DNA of 64,000 nt from Daphnia carinata (Eukaryota): contig NC_081334.1 in the NCBI RefSeq assembly GCF_022539665.2, forward strand, positions 1,922,001 to 1,986,000, given 5' to 3'. Below the pieces are notes generated by a model, which did not search any database, was not told where the DNA came from, and saw nothing but the letters and a program-made list of their open reading frames with translations. A program made the position numbers and the translations under genes. Position 1 is the stretch's first letter; each line of letters starts with the position of its first letter. This document shows, one piece after another, positions 1 to 14,337 of this stretch.

Positions 1-632
1 ACCTGCATAAAGCTTTACATTACAGATGTAGCTAGAAAACAATAACCTAAGAAATAGTATTTCATTCGAGTTACTATGAGAGTTCTACTAGCATACAACT
101 CACCTTGATGAATTAAATACTTTAATGTTGTGCAGCCAGCACTACGTTTCAGCACCAAAATATTCAACAACTAATTGCACCTGAAAGACTACAAGACAGA
201 CGGAAAATAGTATACTATAGTAAAGGTGATTTTTCCCACATCAGTTACTTACGTAGTGTCACGGTTTTACTACACGAGTCAATAGGAAAAGAGTTCACAA
301 GAAGTTCAAGCATTAACTTCAATTGTTAAATAAAAATACCAAGCAGTGTCGAAGTGAAATTATCCATACCACCGCTGCTAGACCTTTAAGACCATCCAAC
401 TTTTACACAAAACATTTTTCAATTCATTATCTTTCTTCATCTCAAATATATCAAGAAACTTAAACAAAGATCTATCTAGAAACCTTTTGCTTGTCTAAGT
501 TAATACATACCCGTATATCCATCGAAGGCCAATAATTTCTGATGGGCTTAAGGCAGCAGGCAACGCCACGTAACAGACATCCAGTAAGGCTTACAAGGAT
601 ATCTGTTTGGTATCAGGGCAGATGGTTTTGAA

Positions 633-1005
633 CGCCATCTATCGAATCAGGCGTTTCGCGCGCCACCTGTTGGACATCAGCACAAGTAGATTCGCAACGT
701 CATCTGTTGCAAAATAGCCTTAACAGAACTAATACCATTTATTATGCGAATAAGATTGGCACGCCATCTAGTGGGCAAAATCAGGACTTGCCACCATCTA
801 GTAATCGAATGTGAAACTTTCTTCCGCCATCTAGTGGACCAAATGCAAAGTGGATATGCACGCCATCTAGGGGAGCAAATGCAAAGTGGCTTTTCACGCC
901 ATCTAGTGGACAAAATGCGAAGTGGTTTGCACGCCATCTAGTGGACAAAATGGCAGGTTTGCGACGGATCAAACGGGAAGTTGGTTTGCACAGCATCTAC
1001 TGGAC
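633..1005. repeat. ~35-36-bp minisatellite whose core is a CTCF-type motif (CGCCATCTAGTGG)
   Basis: Core copies at ~633, 661, 698, 762, 792, 825, 861, 897, 932 and 992; unit consensus approx. CAAAGTGGTTTGCACGCCATCTAGTGGACAAAATG. The reverse complement CCACTAGATGGCG matches the known bilaterian/Drosophila CTCF core. Confidence 0.8.
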
Positions 1006-1099
1006 ATCGGCGCAAGTGGCATTGCCACGATAGTATATCCCATTGTGTTCTTTGCAAAACCATACTTTACACGTCCATTTTTCACTGTCCACTATCATT

Positions 1100-3700
1100 C
1101 ATTAGTACTCACCTTTATTTTATACCTGCATTGTTTTTTACAATTTTTGAATGAAGTTCCTCTCCCCAAAATCTCAGCATTTTCTACCGCCAATCCCCTG
1201 AACAGACAACCTTAATTTCGTGTGAAAGTGGTAACTTGTTAATCATTCTTTCAAGTAATAAAAACCTTTTTCCTATAAACTCATTTTCTTACAACTATCG
1301 ATATTGCCACCAGTGAATTAAACTAAAAGTTAAATCATACTAGTTAAAAGAAGAATATTAGCTTGTTACCTTTCAAGTATGCCACTTCCACCAAAACCTC
1401 ACCATTTTCTGTTTGCCATTCTTGGAACAAGCAAACCAAACTATGTAGTTACAAAACATCTGTTAATCAGCTAGCAGATTGATAGTAACCTGGAATAAAA
1501 TGCTAAAATAAGTAAATGTTATTTTACCAAACGAGGTATATCATTCAATATTTGTGTGAACGTAGAACAAGCAGCAAATGTCAAGAAAAATAAGTTGGGT
1601 TCATACACCCATAATTACCTATAATTAAAGCAGTATTATTTGCTATCAATTCTTGGCATGGCACAGGCTAACAAAGCTCTACATAGCTTTGTTAGCGCAT
1701 CTACATCATATTTTATGATCAGCTAGCAAAGAGTGACAGCAATCTGAAATAAAATGTGAAAATTAATTTGATTCTACTTTAACATTAATGCAAGAGGATG
1801 TAGAACTCAGAAAAACAAATAGTTGCTTAATTGTTCCTTACTTTAATGTTTAAGCAGTAACTTGCCGTTGAATGCTGAAACTTGAAACCTACTTAAAAAA
1901 AAAAAAAATTGAATGATTAATGCACAGACTTAGACCAACTCTGCTGAACATACTTAATTACTTTGTTGAAAATTTAATGTTCTGCAACTTTATTGCCCAC
2001 TGGCTGTGATACTGTTTAGTCCTAAATCAGTGAAAAGAAATTTTTTCAAACAGATGCTTTAAAAATCAAATTATAAATACAAAATCTAACGAATTAATTC
2101 AATTCTAGTCATTGTCATCATGGTACATATCGAAAATCCCACATCGGCCACAGTTAAAGAAACGATGTTAAAAACTTCACTAGGTATACTAGCTGATGGA
2201 GAAGTACGGGGTAGTAACGGCTACAAAAACCCGTGGACCTGCACGTGTTCCGATTTAGTCACTCATCAGTACATTAACACAGACCATTCCGGTATTTGAC
2301 ACCATTTTACAGCGCCTGAGTGTTGAAGTTACTGTAACTGGTTTGTTACCACACTAACATCCCAAGATATTTCTATACTTGAATGCATTGTCGTCTGAGC
2401 GTAGAATAATAGTAACGCCACCTAGCCGTGACCCGCACCTACAGCCATGCGCGGCATCTAGTGATGATTCACATCCGCAGCACATCTAATGAGATGACTC
2501 CCGACGGCGACAGTTCATAATTATATGGTGGTCTAAAATTTCGAATACCGTTTGTATGGACATTTACACAGAAACATCTCTGGACGTGGAACTGCACTTG
2601 TTTCCCAGCGCTGTCTCCTGGTACAAGTAACAAGTATCTAAAATGTAATAAATACCAAACCATCCTTAGATCTTTCTTCATTTTCAGCTGCGACATTTAA
2701 CATTGCAAACCCTTAAGAAAATCCATGGGCATCCTAATTAACACCAGTGCATATTTTCTGGCCATCTTCAATTGTCTTTCTTTGGTACTTATGCTCTTCC
2801 TTCAACTAACAAAAATGGGGTTTTGTTCTGTAGTACTTTTTAAAAAATGCTAACAAATAAAACTAAGTAAATAGCTAGTGAGTAGAACTAAAACTGCCAA
2901 ACCTTGTGTAAAGGAGTGCACACCACTTTCCACCCATGCTGCCAACAAATGGCATTTCTAGCACAACTGGAAACAACCTGAAACTTGGAAAATTTCACAT
3001 TTTATAAAACCAATAGCCTCTTTATAATTATAATAACATTTAAAAAACTTCAATTTAAAAATAACAACTGTATCAAACTTTAGCATCAATACCTGTTCAA
3101 CTTAGGCAGGTAAGACGAAATAACCCAATTGTGAAAACATCAATAACTAAACTTCACATTTCGATACTTCATTGTTGGATAGGTCATAGGAGTTGTAATG
3201 TAATACCACTCTGTGCAGGAAATGTGTGCCTTGTTGTAACCAAGATAGAAAAACCTTTTTAAATACAAAATTTAAATGCTGATTTTCCCTGAGGGCTAGA
3301 ATGTTACCTAAAACAAGAAAAGACCATGCTGTGAAAACAATCTTAATTGGTGTAACTAGGAAGCAAATTAAAAATTGAACTACCTTCAATCTTTTACCTT
3401 TTTCAGAAGCGTTACACTCGTCACTCTGTCTTTTAATAACTCCCTCTTTCCAATTTTCAAAAGCTTCTCGTTCAAATTGCGATACCTGATTTTCGCCACA
3501 TACGTGTGCAATTGTAAAACTTCAACTTTTAGTAATATTAACGATTTTTTTTTCTTGCCTTAGAATCTTCCCGTTGACGTTCAAACCACGATTGCAAAGA
3601 AACGTGAAATGGTGACAAGCAAGAGCGTGGCGTAGGCTTAAAGATGTATCTGAACTCTTAAGCTCTGAACACGTTAGCCACCATCTTGGAACTAGGAGGC
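1100..3700 (-). other. Putative multi-exon non-coding or decayed transcript unit (AT-rich, short introns)
   Basis: Alternating minus-strand donors (+ strand gttacc/cttac/catac at ~1366, 1614, 1836, 1949, 3088, 3303, 3393) and pyrimidine-rich acceptors (~1198, 1489, 1744, 1888, 2021, 2977, 3329). A YY1-like CAAGATGGTGGC and CACGTCAC lie at ~3677-3720. No convincing ORF. Confidence 0.3.
2416..2492. promoter_or_regulatory. Second cluster of degenerate CTCF-like motifs
   Basis: cgccacctagcc, cgcacctacag, cggcatctagtg and cacatctaatg within ~80 bp, in the same orientation as the 633-1005 array. Confidence 0.4.
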
Positions 3701-4020
3701 TAAATCTACCAGTGACGTGAAATTAACTCCTGATTTGCAGGAGTCTTTTTATAGTATTACTACGAGTCAAATGAAAATTATTTTAAAAGCGTGGCGCTTA
3801 CCGAATCTCAGCAGATGATACATAGAAATGGGTGAATTTTCAACTGTTAACGATACGGCAATTATTTAGTGCCATTTCTGTTGCAATTAAAGCCAGGAGC
3901 TAAACAGGTTTGGCAAAAACATCGATTACAATAGGAAGAACGGGAAACGAAATGAGGGGCAGCCTAAACAGAAACCCTTCAGGCAACCTTTTTAAAAATT
4001 TCTACCCTCGCCATATGTTC

Positions 4021-4132
4021 CGATCAGATGGCGCTGGTGCACTACGGTGACCATGCATCTGCGTTGAAGAAATAGACGCTGATCTATGTAGCCTCTGAAA
4101 CCGTTTTGTATCACCTACCGTTAGATGGCAGC
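4021..4132. promoter_or_regulatory. Two CTCF-like motifs in the opposite orientation at the edge of the AT-rich island
   Basis: cgatcagatggcgct (~4021) and ccgttagatggcagc (~4118). Confidence 0.45.
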
Positions 4133-7100
4133 AATTCGGGAGGATAACGATAACAAATAGCTTTAGAAAGCAGTTTTAATGTTTTGAAATCGCATAGGAA
4201 AAAGGCAAATAGCTAGGGGATTGAAATAATCCGGGCTTAATGCAAATCAGGTTGAAATATGTAAATTCGGCGCACATTCAAAATAAGTCGAACGTGTTTT
4301 CCGTTGCCAAACCAAACTGAAATGAACCACAAGTGTCACGTAACTGTGGGCAAATCGTTAGCTATGCTACTAAATATGATTGATCGAGCAATCTTGCTGT
4401 ATGTTTTACACGCAAATCCAGCAAGTATGATCAATCCTGAACGAGGAAACAAAATGGCCATCATAGTGATGGGTTTCGTATACACGTGAATAACGTCAGA
4501 GATGATACAGCCAACGTTACGTAGGCTACATACTTTTCTCGTCCTCGACGCGGTAAGGGCAGAGCCGATTTTCACGCAGACACTCTCAACGTCTAAACTC
4601 GAAAACCCCATCGTAAAAACATTAGGAAAGAATGCGGAACATTACGACGATTAATTCGCGCCTTGTGTGCGTTTAAAATGGAAATGATTTCGAAATCTCG
4701 AACAAAAAACGGGGGGGAGTTAAGGAAGGCTGTTTTGAAAGTGAAAATGGCTTATGTGACCAGCTTCCAAGTAAATGCCGGAGAAGAGAGCGCTTTGGCG
4801 GCTAATGGGCATTACAGGAGTGAGCCAGAGCGGCATTAATGCGCAACAGCAGCCGACTACTTAAGGGACGAGTGAGACGCTCGGCAAAACAATTCTTTCG
4901 TCGTTCATCAAGGCTCTTAATACATTTCACGCTTGTGGGTGTGGCGTTGCCGCTGGGGAAGGACGCAAGATGAGCAAGAAGGCAAGTAGGTGGTGCGACG
5001 GCAGTGGGTCGTGAAAATGGCAGGATAGGAATTTGTCATCTTCCGTGATAATCCGCCCGACATTGCCGATTTGACCTTTACCAACCGTCATAACGAATAA
5101 AAGCTCGGGCTGGTCCTCAAATGTTATGCTTTAATATCCTATATGTTTTTCTAGTCATGACGGGTGTCTGCACTGTATAAGATGGCTGCTATTCTTCCGA
5201 TGTATTGACGTCCTAACCTTTAACGTCAAAACGATAGGGGCAAGCAATATACATAAAATGGAACGCAAGCTAAATGCATCGTCATCGAAATAGAATATTT
5301 TATTCTTTCATGTCGACGAAGATTGGCCATAAATTCTCTAGAAATATGCCACCATAGGCCATTGAGACTACATATATTACATGCTGCCACGCTTATCATT
5401 ATGAATTGAAGAGCGTCTAACAAACAGCCCATGTGAATGAAAAAAAAAAAATTAATCAAAATTTTGGCTATGCTTCCCTATTGATAGTTTTATTATGCCC
5501 ATTATGTCGCTTTACAGGCAATAACGAACGAACGACGAATTTCCCTTTCGACAGGTAGGCACCTAGACGGTGCACAACGTTTTTATTTGATGTTGTGTAC
5601 TCGTTTCGTATACGTCTGATACTGTAAAGGCCATGTGGCACCTTTGTACCGAAATGCGTGTGTGGGGGATGCACAAAAAACGAAGATGATCGAGGAGCAA
5701 CTGCATCTATACAAGAAACAGGGGGTCTTACCTTAGCCGACAATATTGACGTATTACGATTCACTATGGCATCATTTGGGTATTATCCTGTATCGACGGC
5801 AAGCTGCTTTACACAGAAGAGGGCCTGTTTTTTTTTTTCTAAATCCGTGTACAGAGGCTATTGGAAGTTAGACGACTAAAGGCAGTATAGTCCTTTCTTG
5901 GCAGAATAAATGTTATTCGTTCATTAATCCGCTTCCCCCTACACTCTCATACGCAAAAAACCGCATTAAGGTTTTCTCCTTTATTATAACGTTTTCATGA
6001 GAAGTCAATAGATTTCGTTTTCCTTTCTTCTTCGAGGTCATTTTCTTCACATCCGAGAGAGCTATTCTTTGGCCCGCGGTTACGTCACCGCATCCCTTCG
6101 CTTCCACGTCAACATGGTGGATCGGAAAAAGACAAAAGAAACCGAACATAAACGTAAGACAAATGACACGAAAGAAATGGTGTGGCGATACACGCGGGAG
6201 CTATTATGGCTGTGCGAATCGTCCTGTAACGCTAACCGTGAATCAACACCAGATGGTGTTGTCGTTAACGAGCCTGTGTCAGCTGTGATAGGATTGCGGC
6301 CGGGCTGTAAATAGGCTGACGTCGGCCAGAACGGCCAGAAACAGCCCCCGTTTCGCAAGCCTGTAGACTATATGTATATATACACACATCCCGTATAGTT
6401 AGGTTCTACAATAATACATGTGAACGTATACTATAAGCGGCAAGGCCGATAGATCTTGAGGGCATTGTGCGTGCGTGAGCGAGACTGAAAGGAAAGAAAG
6501 AGAACAAATGAAACTGTATATGCCAACAGTCTTTTCCGATTTCCTTCTCCATTTATTTCTATTTATTTTCGCCCCGATTCGTTTGCGTCCTGTGCAACGA
6601 TCCCGATCCATCAATGAATCCATTCAATCGCCTTTTATGACTATATATATACGCCAGTGCGGGATTATGCTCCTCCCTTTTCCTCCTTCTCACCCCAACA
6701 ACGTGCAGACACACACACACACACAAATACCGGAAGTATTGATTCAAAAGGCACTATACGCCAACATGTACAGCGGACGGTAAGTGCCCGATGGAAAACA
6801 GGCGATCCCGCATTAGTGGTGGTTGAAATCGAAAATAAACTTTTCTCTCTTTTTTTTTTAGAAACTTGTTTGTAAAAAATATGGGAATAATAGAGGCCTA
6901 TAGTGGGGGGGGGGGGGGGGGGGGGGGGGGTTATAACTTTTAAGCAATTGTAAAACAGTTTGTTGACCCGCAAGCTCTTTTCTCTAATCGAAAAACTTGT
7001 CCTATATATTTTTTTTAATTTCAATTTTCATCTGATTTTATCTTTCTCGTCGTGTATCCTTTTTTTTTTTTTAATTCTATACGCCACTAGCAATATATAG

Positions 7101-10100
7101 CTGTTTTATTTCTTTTGATTAGCGCTTAAAACTCAAACACAGACTTGCGATCCTCTGGCTGATGCGGAATCATCCCTTTGTCTGTAAACTATCACTTAAG
7201 AACGTCGAGACAAAGATTCTTGATGAAGGCAGTTTGGATATCGATTATTAATAGTGCGTCTAACTTGTTTGTAAAAGAGATAAACGGGATTCCTCTAAAG
7301 AATTAAATTTTTTGATCACAACACGATGACTTGATGGGTTTTTTATTAAATCTTTTTTTTTTTCCTTCTAAATTCATCAGCGATAAAAACGCACGTGTCA
7401 AATGTAAACATATAAAAGATGAAGAAGAAAAAAGAAGAGCACAACACTCTGGGACAGCAGGAAATCGTGCGGATGAATCGCGTGGGTGCGTTTAAATATG
7501 ATCAACATAGCATATAAAACGTCAGGAAAGTTTACCTTCATTTTATATCTTCCTACCATTGTTGCCCTTTTGCTTCGTGTTTTTTTTTTTTTTTTTACCC
7601 CGACGCATAATGTAGTTCTTCCGGATCATCCAACTTCTCAATATACGGCAGTGTGTGTGTGTGTGTGTGGGTGCATCAATCGGCTACAGTCTTTAGGCTA
7701 TATTACACGCACTCATCCGCCGTTTTCGATCGAGCTATACGCTTTTTTTTCTATTTTCTTCTGCATATATGTATATGTTTGTTTCAAAAGTGATTCCGAG
7801 TCCATACGTAGCCGTATGCAAAAAAAAAAAAAAATGAAAATAAGAAAAAAGGAGAGAAGGATATGCAAAATACGCAGAACTATCGTCACTCCCGCTTTCT
7901 TATCGAATATTATTCCGATTTTTTTTTTTTTTTTTTTTTTTTTTACAGTCGAAAGGGGTTTGTATATAAAATAGATATATATATTTATATATATATATGA
8001 ATGCCAATAATATAGAAAGCGAGCAGTTTTTATTTATTCACTTCCGTCAGTTTGTCTCACAAGCCTTTGAATCAACAATGAGATGCTTGGCCTTTCTTCT
8101 ATAAAAACGTTTTCCAGAGCTAAACCTATACGGAAGCGTGAGACCTATGCTCTCACGTGTTACACACGAGTGTACATCATCTGTTTTTCGATATATTGCA
8201 TTCAAAAAAAAAAAAATGTTGATGACGTACGAAAGTCGATCGAAGTCTGTTACTTTGTTTCAGTTGAAGGGTTTTCATCGTTTTCATTGTGCATTTCCTT
8301 GAATTCATCCGGTTGTTTCTAGGGCAAGCTCACCAGATGTATAACCAAAACGTTGGATATGCCGGGCTGGCTGTGGTCGTTCTTGATACTAAGAAATATT
8401 TCGCCATTTTCTTCGTAACTTGGCGAATCAATAAATGCTGGCCCCAAAAAAACCTTGACAACAAAGTCTATTTATATATTAGTTGCCATTGTACCTTTAA
8501 TGTTAAATCAGGTATAGACTATATATGTGATATAAGTAGAGGGAATGGAAAAATAGAGGTACCATCCTAGTGAGGGAAAGGTACACGTACCCAATGGCTG
8601 GCCAAGAGAAAAGCTGCTACCCAATTGCGGGTGCACAGCAGTTGTCTAGCAGCTGTGTGACATTAATATTGCTCACCAGAGGTATATGGCAAACGTGGGC
8701 GACGGTGCGGAATTCATCCAGTACAGCGCCAGCCTCGTCTATATGCCACTGATTTCCGGCTACATATTAAAACTTCTCGTGTCTTTTGTTTTGTTCTGTA
8801 TGCGCAGCGATTGTTTTCTGTTTTCCTGACACATTCAAGACAACTGATTCGCAGATCCCTCCTCAAAGTTTTTTTTCCCCATTGTCTTAAAGAACAGAAG
8901 ACCAGAACCTTTCATTTGACCTTACGCTACACACGCGGCTTAGTTAATAAATGAATAAAGTTTGGAATCCCTATTTCTAAAAAGAACTGAAAAAAAAAAA
9001 GGAAAACTATATGAATACGGGAACATCTCACGGACGTGTTTGATTGAAAGTGAAAGAATAAAAAGACTTTTTCTCTTGGATATCGAGGACGCGAATGATG
9101 GCGGGACGTCAGTGCGCTTATAGCTATTGAACCTTATATAATACTGCGGTATCTATACGCCTACAATTTTTTTTTTCTTCTTTATATTTGCTTTTTTATT
9201 TTTACCGATAGGGATGCACACACACAGAGTCTCTGCGCTGATCTCTGCTCCGATAGCCCCCGTATAGGAAGCACACGCTCCCAATGGCGGGGTGAAAGCG
9301 CGAGCAAAAAAACTCCCAACGAAAAATAGAAATGAAGAAAATCCTTGTAGTCGGATGGGTTGCAAGGCCAAACAGCTGTTGTCTTCGCAGTTCAGTCGCA
9401 TCGAAATAGGACTGCGGATTTTCTTCTCTTTTTTTTTTTTCTTTGTACACACAAAAGTTTTCTCTTCCATTCAAATTGTGTTGTATGCTTCTCTTTGGCG
9501 AGGATGTCCATCGTTTTCAACTCGGTTCATAAAAAGGAAATGGGCCATCCCCTGTCGACCTGTGCGCTATGAATGAAACGTATATTAAGCCAGTAAACGT
9601 TTCTTTTATAAATATAGGCAATACTTTATACATATGTAGATATTTACAGGCAGATTTATATAGTTTAAAGATTACATTCTAAAATGCTATCATCAGCTGT
9701 CGTTTTTTTTTTCTTTTCTACTCACCAAACTAAACGTGCACATCTCTTGGCTGGTTTCTCACCACAGTTAACATGGATTTCTGCGAGGCTTTTATAAAAA
9801 AAAAAAAAAAAAATCCATTAGAAATGCTTGAATGGGCTGTTATACGACGCTTCACACCAACTTGTGTTTCAAGCATGACATTTGTTGTCCGCATTGATTC
9901 GAAAATCGAGAGAAGACGTGTTGCCTCTTTTCTTGAAACGTTCAATGAGACACCTTACAGTAGGCCCTACAGCGATCTGGTCTTTTATGAATCATTCATA
10001 CTCCGGTTGTGTTTTAAATTTTAAAGAAGGAAGGGCGTTCAATGTGTAACTGCGCATAACGCCAAATAATGTAAAAGTTTTGGGGGCGAAAAATACTTTG

Positions 10101-13100
10101 GCCAAGAACAATTTGTTTGAAATGCAAAAGAGCCAACGGCACCTCGCCATGATTTCGCAGTTCTTTCATTGCATCCATTGTTTTTCAGTGAATTCGTCCA
10201 ACGTCTTGGGAACATGTCGTTTTCATCGTTCCACATTACGTAACAAAATCCCACACATACATCAATCAAATAATGACCTTAGCCAGATTTCTATTTACCC
10301 TTGTAGATTGACAACGGGATTAAATCAACACTGAGGCTGATGGCCAGCACTCTCCAACGCTGTTCTATTTCATTCAGCGAAAGGTCAAGTCCAACATCCC
10401 GCTTTCGTTCAACAGCGTTCCGATCTGTGTCTTACGTAACACTTTCCCATGTCTCGTTTGTCCGCATACGTAAATCGAAAATTGTTGTTGTATATCCCTG
10501 CACGCCACACTGGTCTATCCCACTCAAAAAAGTCCATGGACCAATCTATAAATACTACTATAATAATAAGTCGTATAACGTACAACCAAGTGGGTGACTG
10601 TATAGCTACGGAATATCACGTTTACCCCCCCCCATCCATCACTCACGCGGCTGTGTTACTCCGGCCGAACTCGCTCCCTTCCCGAATCAGCTTTTGCGTT
10701 TCAATTCAACCAGAAAGAGGGACGTATATATTTGTGAATGACATCGAATCACATTGGATTTCATAAAGACGTGTCTGTCAAGTCCGAAGTGTGTAAAGCT
10801 CTTCTCCTTCTATACTGGACGTATTAATCTGATGGCATTCGAAAATTAAAAAAAAAAAAGGCCAAGTTGAAGCTACAAAGTGCAATACAGAAGTGCTTTT
10901 TCCATGAGGAGATAAATGAATCAGTTCGTACATAGCTCTCAATCAGCCCAGGCTGTAATCGCACGGCTCTGTGTGTACTTGGCTCACTGCGGGTGACTTT
11001 GAACGATCGACTTAATCACGACCATCAGCTTCCTCTTCGCAGCGGAATTCCTCCTTGTTTTCACATTCATTTCCATACATCCGCGGCTCGTATCTATACA
11101 GCAGACATTCAACTATAGAAATCTCTGCTGATAATAACGTCATGCTGGGCTTTAAGAAAGACAAATTTTCTACGGATAGCTAGAGGATCTATTTAAATTA
11201 AAACGCAGTGCGTCACGACGTGTGTACCTATCAAAGACAAGTATCGGCGTCTGCACAAAAAACTCAATCGCACTGTGTACATACAACCTAAACATTATTG
11301 ATCGATTTCATTTTTTTCTTCTTCTTCTTCTTCTTCTTCTTCTTTTACTTGGTGAGGAGGGGCGACTCGACTGATGGAATCGATCCATCATCATCCAGCC
11401 TCCACATATTGGAGTGTGTGGCTCGACATTCCTTGCGACGCAAAGAATAGGATAGGAAAAACGGCCAGTAGGGAAACTGGCGGCTCGTAGAGTGTCTCAT
11501 ATGTTCTCTCGTTTTTCTACGTGGAAATCTTACGTCTAAAAAACGTTTGGTTTCTCCAATAAAAAAAAAGAAAAGAAAAAAGGGTACACGTCAATGTGTA
11601 TAACCAGCAGCTATATAGACTTTTTTATTTTTCAATTTCTATTGGGGAGGAAAAATATTTAAAGAAAAAAAAAACCATTGGGAATAAAGCAAGTGACGTG
11701 TTTATAACGTCAAGTAAGAAATAAGAGAGAGTAAGAAAGAAATAGACCAAAAAAAAAAAAAAAAGGAGCTATATATGCAGCAGTATAGTGTAGTTATTGA
11801 TAACGTGTGTAGATATATCGGGCCAGGAGGAAGATGACGGTATATATAGTACTCGGTTGCCTCGTATGCGATTGTGTGTGTCTGTATATTGCGTGGGCGT
11901 CGCGTTTCCTTCCCTATATGCTCTATAGCTTTAAATCCGGACGAACGGATGAGTTCTTAATACCCTTGTGTTTCCTTCCCTTTTTTTTTCCTCCCCCTTT
12001 GACCCGAGCAGCTCCTTCCTTGTCTTCTTTCGTTCTCTCCATTTCCTTATCGCCTGCTGTTCTTTCACTTTTACGGCGCCCGTCAGCAACGACGCCAATG
12101 CTCCTCATTCATTCAACATCATTTCGCATGGAGTCCACTACGTTTAGATGTATGTGTATGTATATATATACAGAAAGAAATATCAAGAATATTTTAAAGA
12201 TATGGATGCGTAGACGTATATATAGGCGGAGGCCTATATCTATAAACGTGGATGGAATCATAGTCGTGAAGACGTTCAACTGTTTAAGAGCGGTTTATGC
12301 TATCGGTGAACGAACTTTAATCTTTGGACAAAAAAAAAAAACATGAAATGTATGGCTTGGCTTTCAACACTGCGCAATGGAATAACAAATATATATTTCA
12401 AACTTTGCAATTGAGAAAAATACGATCCATTCAACTGTGAAGACGTGAGCACAAAGATATGCTAAGCCTATATTGGGTTTTTAGCTTTAGCTTAGGAATT
12501 AATGGTTGTCAATTGATGTAAGACGCTGCAATAAAAAAAAAAAAAAACAAGAAATAAAAACGTAACGAAAAAACCAAAATTAGAACATAATCTTGTTGCT
12601 CATTACGAGTTGAGTGATTTTCGTCGGGTAAGCTCTCAAAGATTTCAATATGTATCAGGCAAAAAAAAAAAAAAAAACGTAATACCCGCCCTCCCCCCTC
12701 CTTCGGCTCTCTTGTATAACAGCAATCACTCTCTATATATATAGCAACAACGTCATACATAATAAGAAAAAGGATTATTAGCAATCCAATAAAAGAGCAT
12801 TTGATTTGAAACTCATCACGGGGGGTTGGGGGTGGAGAGGCGGTTCTCCGCATTAGATAAAGGCTGCGTGTATGTTCACAACATTCAAAAGAACTAAGAC
12901 CATCCTCCTTCTTCTTCTTTTTTTTTTTTTCTATTTGTATTGGTTGATAGATGAGAAAGGTTCAGCTCTATGAATGAGACGAGTACAGGAGAGGGCCTTG
13001 ACGTCATTGAAAAACCTTCATTTTGTTTGTGTCTTATATGCGGATATATTACGCACGCTATGGCAGTGACACGCCGTTTATAGCTATAGATTATATATAG

Positions 13101-14304
13101 GCGAGCCAAACGGGGGAGGGGGTTACGTAGACGCACAGCGAGATGGGCCATGTCGACCGTGAATGAATCCATCAGGAGACGAGAGAAAAAAAAAAGACCA
13201 ACGACCGATCTATCGAAAAGGAAAGAAAAATCATTAAATCAAAATAAATCAGAAAAAATAATTTTTGTTTCATCGTACACGATGATCTTAACAACCTAAA
13301 GATTTCAAATCCCTTTACCTCTTTGTTGTTATGTCTTAAGAAGAGAAATAATCCGTGACCAGGAATCAGGTGAAATTAAGTAGCGTCTTGACATCGGATC
13401 TCATTTGCATGGGAACGGCCAATACAAAGCGAATAGGACACACACACACACACACATGTTATGAAATAAAAACATCTGCTATTCAGAATGATGTAGGAAA
13501 TTGAAATAAAAAAAAAAAGAAATAGATTATTTTAGCGACTACACGCGAATGTTGGTAGGTGTCGGGATGTTTCCTTGGATCACATGGGGCGTACGTGTTG
13601 ATGGGCTTTCGTACTGCGTCAACGCGGATCAAGCGAACGAAGATTGGACGGATCAGACCAGGCAACACACCGGATTCGCAATAGGGGCATTTAAAGATTG
13701 CCAAATAGTTTCTGCCTGTACTGGAAAAGGTCAACGGTGTGCAGTATATGTATCCAAGCATCAGAAACAAATGGGATACACATAGAAATATATAGACCCC
13801 AACTGATCTATCGTTTATGTTTACACATCCGTATACCGGATGGAATGCGTTTGGGAAATCAGCACGGCAACGGCGAAGGGTAATAGATGTGAAATCAACT
13901 GAAAACGAACGTATAAACGGATATAGTTAGATTTCCAGTTTGTTTGTTTCTATAGTCTTGCTGCACCCAACATTTTCTCTATATACAACGATCAACTATA
14001 CATACATCACGGTATATATATATATATATATATATATTTACAAGCATATATCTATATAGAAGTCGGTGCTCTGTTCGGTTGCGATAGCTTCTTCAATTCT
14101 TTTTTATTTTTTATTTTTCCTCGCTTGCCTCTACGTACAGTATATACATCAATGGGTGTATACAGTCGACGATGTATCCCCCGCTCTCTCTGTCTTATCT
14201 ATCATTCGCCTGGCTTCAACTCGCCATCCACTCCTGCCATTCTTTATAAAAGGCTCCTTTCTCTCTGTATGAAATACCTTGTGGCATGTATATAGACGCG
14301 TTAT

Positions 14305-14337
<33 letters not shown>

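Noticed and set aside
633..1005. CRISPR-like or guide-RNA array
   Set aside because: Spacers are mutually similar (a tandem repeat), the context is eukaryotic, and no associated nuclease genes are present; the overlapping ORFs are repeat artefacts.
2027..2121. Minus-strand C/D box snoRNA (ATGATGA...CTGA)
   Set aside because: The D box abuts a putative splice acceptor, there is no terminal stem, and no recognisable rRNA guide.
6905..6929. Long poly-G tract (also ~60518-60538) as a functional G-quadruplex
   Set aside because: Homopolymer runs are ubiquitous here and their lengths are error-prone; no specific support.
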